From the NCBI GenBank assembly GCA_965212015.1, contig OZ243037.1, forward strand, positions 1,376,001 through 1,440,000: 64,000 nucleotides of DNA. Direction: 5' to 3'. The notes beneath the pieces are model-generated. The model was not told the origin of the DNA. It ran no database searches and worked only from the letters and a program-made list of their open reading frames with translations. Below are positions 58,008 to 64,000 of this stretch, piece by piece. The translations under genes and the position numbers were made by a program. Each line of letters starts with the position of its first letter. Within the stretch, counting starts at the first letter, position 1. This stretch comes from Cenarchaeum sp. GTDB lineage: Archaea; Thermoproteota; Nitrososphaeria; Nitrososphaerales; Nitrosopumilaceae.

Positions 58008-58708
58008 TACAGCTTTCCCAGCTTTTCGAGAAAATGCCTGTACGCCTTTTGATAGGATTCCTTGTCCCCGATGTCCATGAACCCCTTTTTGGTGTAAAAA
58101 CTGTCAACTGGCATTCCCTTTGAGATTGCCTTGCGTATCAGGTCGTCCATTCCGTACTGTCTGTTTTTTGGGATATGGTCCATGATTTCCGGCTCCATTA
58201 TGTAGCAGCCCATGTTGATGTTTGCTTTTATTTCCGGCTTTTCGTTCCACTTTTTGATGCGCCCGTTTTTTGCAGTCTCGATTATACCGTACGGGAGGTT
58301 TGTCTTGTATTCGGATATGCTCATGGTGACAAATGACTTTTTTTGTCTGTGCTGTTTTGCCATGTTTCTGAGGCCAAAGTCGAATATGGAATCCCCGTAC
58401 ATGCACACAAACGTCTCGTCTACTAGATCACCTGCAGTCTTTAGCTGCCCTGCCGTGGCAAGCGGTCTGTCTGATATAGCATACTGTATGTCGACTCCGA
58501 ATCTCTTTCCGTCCTCGAAATAGTCCTCGATGGTCTTTCGCAGATAGCTCACACATAAAATTAGGGATTTTATTCCGTTTTTTTTGTTCCAGTCGACCAG
58601 GTGTTCCAGTATCGGCTTTTCGCCGAGTGGCAGCATTGGCTTTGGAAGAAACATGGTGTACGGCTGGAGTCTGGTGCCCAGGCCTCCGGCCAGGATTACT
58701 GCCTTCAT
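58007..58708 (-). CDS. sugar-1-phosphate nucleotidyltransferase
   Basis: ILAGGLGTRLQP...PKPML, YGD, EKP, DIG. Confidence 0.93.
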   Translation of the reverse strand: MKAVILAGGLGTRLQPYTMFLPKPMLPLGEKPILEHLVDWNKKNGIKSLILCVSYLRKTIEDYFEDGKRFGVDIQYAISDRPLATAGQLKTAGDLVDETFVCMYGDSIFDFGLRNMAKQHRQKKSFVTMSISEYKTNLPYGIIETAKNGRIKKWNEKPEIKANINMGCYIMEPEIMDHIPKNRQYGMDDLIRKAISKGMPVDSFYTKKGFMDIGDKESYQKAYRHFLEKLGKL

Positions 58709-58898
58709 GGGTTTGTGTCCGGGTGATGGGTATTTATTTTGAGGCGGATATGGGGGGATTTTTTGTGGGCAGGCAGGACCTCCATACCGCATGATCAATG
58801 ATTATCCGATAGATCGTAGATTTTGGGGAGATTATAACTGTGCCTTCCACTAGTTAAGTTAACAGACCAAATACACACATTTTAATAATTGCCACGAA

Positions 58899-60047
58899 TT
58901 GATATTGGTATTGATACAAGGCGGGCTAGAAGAGATTATTTTAAAGCAAGATAATTCACTTTTTAGTATATTTGAGCAAAAACGCTCTGATTCGAAATGG
59001 ATTAAAAAACGCGAAGAACGCCACGAGTTATTCTCGAAACTATTATCAAAGGAGAATATATTGTCTCTATTGGAATCTGATTTTAGAAAAATAATTAAAA
59101 ATCTTTGGGCGTTTAACGGTTGGAATAACAAAGATTATCTTGTTGATCAAATTCTTGCAAAAAATGATCTGACAAAAATCAGAGAATCATTAAATGATCT
59201 GTTATATGGTTCTGATAATTTAGAGCTTAGGTTTGATAATTTTAAAATCAAAAATCTTGGAACTGCCTCAATTACTGAAATAATGTCATTTGTAAACCCA
59301 GATCAATATGCATTGTGGAATGATAAACCCCGTAAAGTTTTCCACATTTTAGGAATTGATCAAATCCCTGACAAAGTCTTCAAATATTCACAAATATCAG
59401 GATCAAATTATGTCAAATGCAATCAAATCATGAAAGATATTCGTACAATTCTGACAAATAAAGGTTTTATAGATATTGATCTACTTGATGTGGATCTTTT
59501 TATTCATACGATCTTCGATGATAAACGAGAAAGACATACACCAAAAAATGGAAAAATTACTAACAATCCACCTCCCGAAACACAAGATATGACTCATTGG
59601 GATGCAATTGGATTGATTACAGAATTGGGCAATACTCTGGGATTTGACACCTATGTTGCAGATCCTACACGAAAATATAAAAACAAACCACTTGGTAACA
59701 TTGCTTCCTCCAAAGATGTTCCAGAACAATGTAAAACAATCCCTGGCATTACTCTTATCGATGTAATTTGGTCTAGACCAAACCCACCATTTTATATGTT
59801 TGAGGTAGAAGACAAGGGAACTATGAGGGATGCACTTCTTCGTTTATATCAGGCACGAGTTTTTGATACAAAGTTTCTAGTTGTCTGTCCATCTACAAAT
59901 CGTGATAAATTTAAGAAATATGTGACAATGGATCCTTATAATGCAATAAAAGATCGATATTTGTTTAGATCTTTTGATGAACTTTATGAAATATATAAAT
60001 CAGTAATGAGCAATACAAAAATAAAAAATCAATTTTTTGGTGATTAG
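58899..60047 (+). CDS. putative restriction endonuclease (helical N-domain plus PD-(D/E)xK-type C-domain)
   Basis: Very AT-rich; KNLGTASITEIM...P.QYALWN; C-terminal LG..LGFDTYVAD...IDVIW...FEVE...ALLRL; start uncertain. Confidence 0.65.
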   Translation: MILVLIQGGLEEIILKQDNSLFSIFEQKRSDSKWIKKREERHELFSKLLSKENILSLLESDFRKIIKNLWAFNGWNNKDYLVDQILAKNDLTKIRESLNDLLYGSDNLELRFDNFKIKNLGTASITEIMSFVNPDQYALWNDKPRKVFHILGIDQIPDKVFKYSQISGSNYVKCNQIMKDIRTILTNKGFIDIDLLDVDLFIHTIFDDKRERHTPKNGKITNNPPPETQDMTHWDAIGLITELGNTLGFDTYVADPTRKYKNKPLGNIASSKDVPEQCKTIPGITLIDVIWSRPNPPFYMFEVEDKGTMRDALLRLYQARVFDTKFLVVCPSTNRDKFKKYVTMDPYNAIKDRYLFRSFDELYEIYKSVMSNTKIKNQFFGD

Positions 60048-60094
60048 ATTTTCAATCTACAAGAATTAGATGTGATGCATAATCGATCAACTCA

Positions 60095-61480
60095 TGACGT
60101 CTTTGCAGAACCGGTACATGATCAACACGCGTTAAAGTTACAAAATATGACAAAGTATAGTCTGTAACACACAAAAAACATACAATTTCACAAAATCATG
60201 CGCAAAAATACAGCGCTTCAGGCGCCCTGTGTTATGTGATCAAAACCCGTACTTGAGACGTTCCCGTCGTTCATCCCACAGCAGATCAAAGTTTGCAAGA
60301 CCCGTCACCACTTGTAAATCCCTGTAAAATTCCGCATCAGTGCCGACATACAGATGAATCAGTATTTTGTACAGCTTTAGAAGCCTTATGGCGTGTTCTA
60401 CTTTTATTCTAATGTTGCTGATCCTTCTGTTTTTATTTTTTTGTGCACCGTCCAGCTCGGCATTTTTCGGTTTTTTGGTGGGTTTTTGTACGTTGGCACC
60501 GGGTAGATCCTTCTCGATGGCCTGGTATCCCTTGTCCACGTATACCGTAACTTTGTCCTTTTTTACCGCATTCTTATCTTTCATGCTCTTGCTCAACGGT
60601 CCGAGATTGATGTTGTTATATTGGAGCATCTTGAGATCTTGCATCGATCCCGGCACAGGTTTTCCTGTCGTAATAACCAGCTTGTCGCGATTAGCCACTA
60701 TGGTGGTGTTTAGCGTGTGCTTTTTTTTCCTCCCTATATAGTAGACTTCACTTGCGGCAGGATCGGACGGCCGCTCTATGGCTATGTGCGTGCCGTCTAT
60801 GTACAGCTCGCCTCCGTTGCTGCCCGGAACCAGATGTTTTATCTCCTCGATACTTTTTGCATTCTGTATTTCTTCGGAGATATTTTCCGCAGTAGGCAGA
60901 ATCTCCAACAATATTGTTCTGGCAAATTCTAGATATCGCGATATCGTGCTCTGATCCACCCCGAATATCGGCATGAGCTCGTACTAGGATATGCCAAGCT
61001 TTTCTTTCATCATTATCAACAGCAGTACGTGCCGTATGTGCAGCTTGCACCTGTTTCCGAGTTGGAATCTGTCATCTGAAAACAGGGGGGCGTCCGGATC
61101 GGCCTTGACCTTGCGCGTGAATTTTTCCAGGATGTAATTGAACTGTTTGGGATTCTTTTTTGTAGTGTGATATAGCATGGTTGGATTGGCGATAAACTCG
61201 TCAAGCAACTCGCACCTGTGCATGATTTTTGACTTTTTCGGCTTGTTACGCCTGTCCGCGTTCTCGTCAACATACCACAGATCGTCTTCCTTGTAGAGTT
61301 TTTTCTCCAGACTTTTGATCTCCTACTGTTGCCTGTATATGATCTGATCCTTGGATTCTGTCATCAGATATGTGCGGCATACACATGCGATCTAAAGTTG
61401 TCGGTTGAATATAGTTTTAAATTTAGTCAATTATGCATCACCTCTATTGTATATTGGGTTGTATGTCCTTCTGCATGTCA
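60095..61480 (-). mobile_element. IS5-superfamily (DDE_Tnp_4-type) insertion sequence, degenerate
   Basis: Contains the transposase pseudogene; left end TGACGTCTTTGCAGAA (60095-60110) partly mirrored by TTCTGCATGTCA (61469-61480); ends tentative. Confidence 0.65.
60240..61364 (-). pseudogene. IS5-family transposase interrupted by two in-frame TAG stops
   Basis: Single frame from ATG 61364; TAG at 61323-61325 and 60984-60986; HTH FGVDQSTISR, YIDGT, VDKGY, RIKVEHAIRLLK. Confidence 0.88.
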
Positions 61481-61544
61481 ATTCAGGTCAAATCTAGAAA
61501 GATTCTGGTGTGTTAACAGATATTAGTCACAAATGCCGATCGCT

Positions 61545-63989
61545 TCAGACATTCTTCCTATCATGTTTTTTGATCTCTATAATTCGTGTCATCTCCGAGT
61601 GTGTGGATGTGATGATCTTGACGGCGATCCGACCGGATTTTGGGATGGCAAACGGCGCGGATTTTAGTGTAAGCATAGAGTCCCAGAGATCCTGATCTAT
61701 ATGTTTTTGAAGATTCTTGTAGAACCCTTTTACCTGTGCATCATTTTTTGCCCCCGGAAAATGCACCTTCCGAGCAAAGAACGACCGACCGTCATATTTG
61801 GTGTCTATCATCCAGCAGTAAACGTCCTGCTTGGTTCCCTGCCGCGTGTTGCCGGTGGCCGGATCAAAAGTATCATATCCCTGTATCTCTACGATCATCT
61901 TATCTTCGCTCAGTTCTGTCCTGATGTCGGGCTCTCCGACCAGTACGAATGCTACATCGTCTTTATTGTCCTTTAGGTTTCCCATCTGTAGATCCTGATT
62001 TGCCATAAATCTATAGATATCCATGCGGCCCCTTTGCTCGTTTTCGACCGATGCTTCATAGGCAAACGCCACTATGATCAGGACGCTTACGCTCGGCATT
62101 TTTGATGCCTCCTCTACGGCATGATCCACCATTATCGGGGGGACTGTGCAGTCATCGTTGGCCACCAGTATGCACGCTTTTTTTCCATCAAACGTGGCTC
62201 TGTGGGTTATTACATTGCCCGGATATTCCTCAATGTCTGACAACGTGATGTTGGAACCGTCAAATGTTATGCCGGTATCGCGCAGCGCAGATATGATGTT
62301 TTGATGTGTGCTTGTGGGTCGTTCTCCTACAGATTGATTTGGATTTACGTATCGATAAGGCGAAAGGCTCTCTATGGTAAATGGAGAACTGACCCGTATT
62401 TTTTTCACGTCCTTCTCAAGCCTGTCTACCATGTAATCAATAGATGGCTCAAGATCCGGATATGCAAGAAACTTTGCACTTACGTGAGGCATGCGTTCGC
62501 ACACAAACCCACATGACGGATCTTCGGCGTATTGATTCTTCATAGGCAGAAACGCTTGTTGTGCTTCTTTTCGCAGCTCGTTTTCCCTCCGTAAACCGTT
62601 CTCGGAATCAAGCAAGGTAAACCACGGAAATATTCCAGTTATGATCCTCTGACGAGTCAGATTTATGGCCACGAGGCTCGCATCAGACGTGATCCATCTT
62701 CGACCCCATTTCTCCGCTACAAATGCGGTCGTACCAGAGCCACATGTAGGATCAAATACAAGATCTCCGGGATCGGTGGTCATCAAGATACATTTTTTTA
62801 TGGTGGATTCCGATGTTTCTACAACATAATGTTTGTCTGAGGCAGATTCTTGTTTGTTCCAAATATTGTTTATTCTGCGACCTGGTATTTCGTCTTCATA
62901 TTTTTTCCAATTTAGACTGCGGCTACCTACAAGTCGATTTTTTTCAGCCATTTTGTCAAGACCATCATAGCTGACACCCCAATGTTTGTCCATTGGACAC
63001 TTCCAAATCTTATTGTTCCATTTGTAATCTTTAGAACGTGTTTTGCTATATCCTTGTGAGTGTAATGGCATTTGTCTGAAAAGTCTTGCATCTTTTGGTA
63101 GATTCTTGTCAGGATCAATCTTTTCCTCAGGTTTTAGATTTCTTATGGTTCCATCTTTTAGTTCTACTAATGCGGCATAACTCATTAGATCTAGCATATC
63201 CTTTCTTGTAGACGTAGGCTCATACAATTGATGATATTTTACGGATTTTGTGTTCTTTGCATACCATAGCAAATAATCCGTCACGTCCGGAAGGCCACTA
63301 CTAGACGATGCACCTGATTTTGCAAACGGTATCATGCCCATGCGATTCTCTGCCCCAAACACTTCGTCTAAAACTATCCCTATCCTGTTTGCATTTGCCG
63401 ATCCGATCTGTAGGAAAAAACTGCCGGTCTCATTGAGTAGCTCCTGTGCGTGGGATGCAATCTGATATATGTTGTCCAGATAGGAATGGATACCGTTCTT
63501 GTACGTGTCCCTGAACGTTTGCAATGCTACGGTGTCATTAGGAATATCACCCGAGTCTTTGTTCTTGTTTATATTGGCTTGCAAAATATTCTTAAAGTTG
63601 ATCCCGTAAGGCGGATCAAAGTAGATCATCTGAACTTTTCCTGCCATACCTTCCTTGGCTAACATGGATGACATTACATGGCGGCTCTCGCCCCTGACTA
63701 TTCTGTTCTGCCAGTGTCCGCTATACTTGTACCATTGGAACTCGGCACCTTCCGGCAGGCCATCATACTGCTGGCCAAAAAAATCAAGACCAACCACATA
63801 GTGCTTTTTCAGTGATTCTGCAAAGGCAGCAGGATGAATTTTCTCATGTATGTATAGAGGACTGGCAGAGGTCGAATCGGGCATCTCTTTTTCCCACTGT
63901 AGGTGTGGCGGATACAGATCCTTGGGGATTCGGCTCTTTATCTTGTCGGGAAGTTTGTAAGGAACGGGCCGTACGTCCGTTGGCTTCAT
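61545..63989 (-). CDS. adenine-specific DNA methyltransferase, type III Mod-like (beta class)
   Basis: IYFDPPYG precedes FDPTCGSGTT; C-terminal WMIDTKYDGRSF and IAVKII; frame stays open to the window edge. Confidence 0.9.
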   Translation of the reverse strand: MKPTDVRPVPYKLPDKIKSRIPKDLYPPHLQWEKEMPDSTSASPLYIHEKIHPAAFAESLKKHYVVGLDFFGQQYDGLPEGAEFQWYKYSGHWQNRIVRGESRHVMSSMLAKEGMAGKVQMIYFDPPYGINFKNILQANINKNKDSGDIPNDTVALQTFRDTYKNGIHSYLDNIYQIASHAQELLNETGSFFLQIGSANANRIGIVLDEVFGAENRMGMIPFAKSGASSSSGLPDVTDYLLWYAKNTKSVKYHQLYEPTSTRKDMLDLMSYAALVELKDGTIRNLKPEEKIDPDKNLPKDARLFRQMPLHSQGYSKTRSKDYKWNNKIWKCPMDKHWGVSYDGLDKMAEKNRLVGSRSLNWKKYEDEIPGRRINNIWNKQESASDKHYVVETSESTIKKCILMTTDPGDLVFDPTCGSGTTAFVAEKWGRRWITSDASLVAINLTRQRIITGIFPWFTLLDSENGLRRENELRKEAQQAFLPMKNQYAEDPSCGFVCERMPHVSAKFLAYPDLEPSIDYMVDRLEKDVKKIRVSSPFTIESLSPYRYVNPNQSVGERPTSTHQNIISALRDTGITFDGSNITLSDIEEYPGNVITHRATFDGKKACILVANDDCTVPPIMVDHAVEEASKMPSVSVLIIVAFAYEASVENEQRGRMDIYRFMANQDLQMGNLKDNKDDVAFVLVGEPDIRTELSEDKMIVEIQGYDTFDPATGNTRQGTKQDVYCWMIDTKYDGRSFFARKVHFPGAKNDAQVKGFYKNLQKHIDQDLWDSMLTLKSAPFAIPKSGRIAVKIITSTHSEMTRIIEIKKHDRKNV

Positions 63990-64000
63990 TATACGCGCAG

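Noticed and set aside
60984-61325. Pyrrolysine or amber recoding of the transposase
   Set aside because: TAG ends many ordinary genes here (pyrI, nrdJ, rps28e, srp54) and no pyl genes are in the window

Overview
Core-genome stretch of an ammonia-oxidising archaeon (Nitrososphaerota/Thaumarchaeota). The lineage call rests on PEFG-CTERM and CFI-box-CTERM proteins, a histone, topoisomerase VI, archaeal translation genes and a Nitrosopumilus-type proteolipid; a finer placement in a relatively GC-rich Nitrosopumilaceae lineage is inference. The window holds the end of the A-type ATP synthase operon, pyrI/pyrB, a ~9 kb cluster of exported copper-related proteins, a small AT-rich insert encoding an Lrp/AsnC(RAM)-HAD fusion, thiolase/DUF35, and a class II ribonucleotide reductase. 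It also holds t6A/KEOPS genes, tRNA-Cys, an intron-containing tRNA-Leu, many translation and ribosome genes, and a terminal defence region (putative restriction endonuclease, IS5-type transposase with two amber stops, Mod-type methyltransferase). Best leads: (1) two intergenic minus-strand structured RNA candidates rich in CAGG(Y) motifs, several in hairpin loops, resembling CsrB-type protein sponges; (2) an HTH + ATP-cone + catalytically stripped NrdD protein next to nrdJ, a possible nucleotide-sensing regulator; (3) a box C/D guide RNA predicted to methylate C34 of tRNA-Met; (4) a blue-copper protein with a Met/Asp tandem-repeat insert, and a paralog lacking three of four copper ligands. All calls come from reading the sequence; no searches were run.
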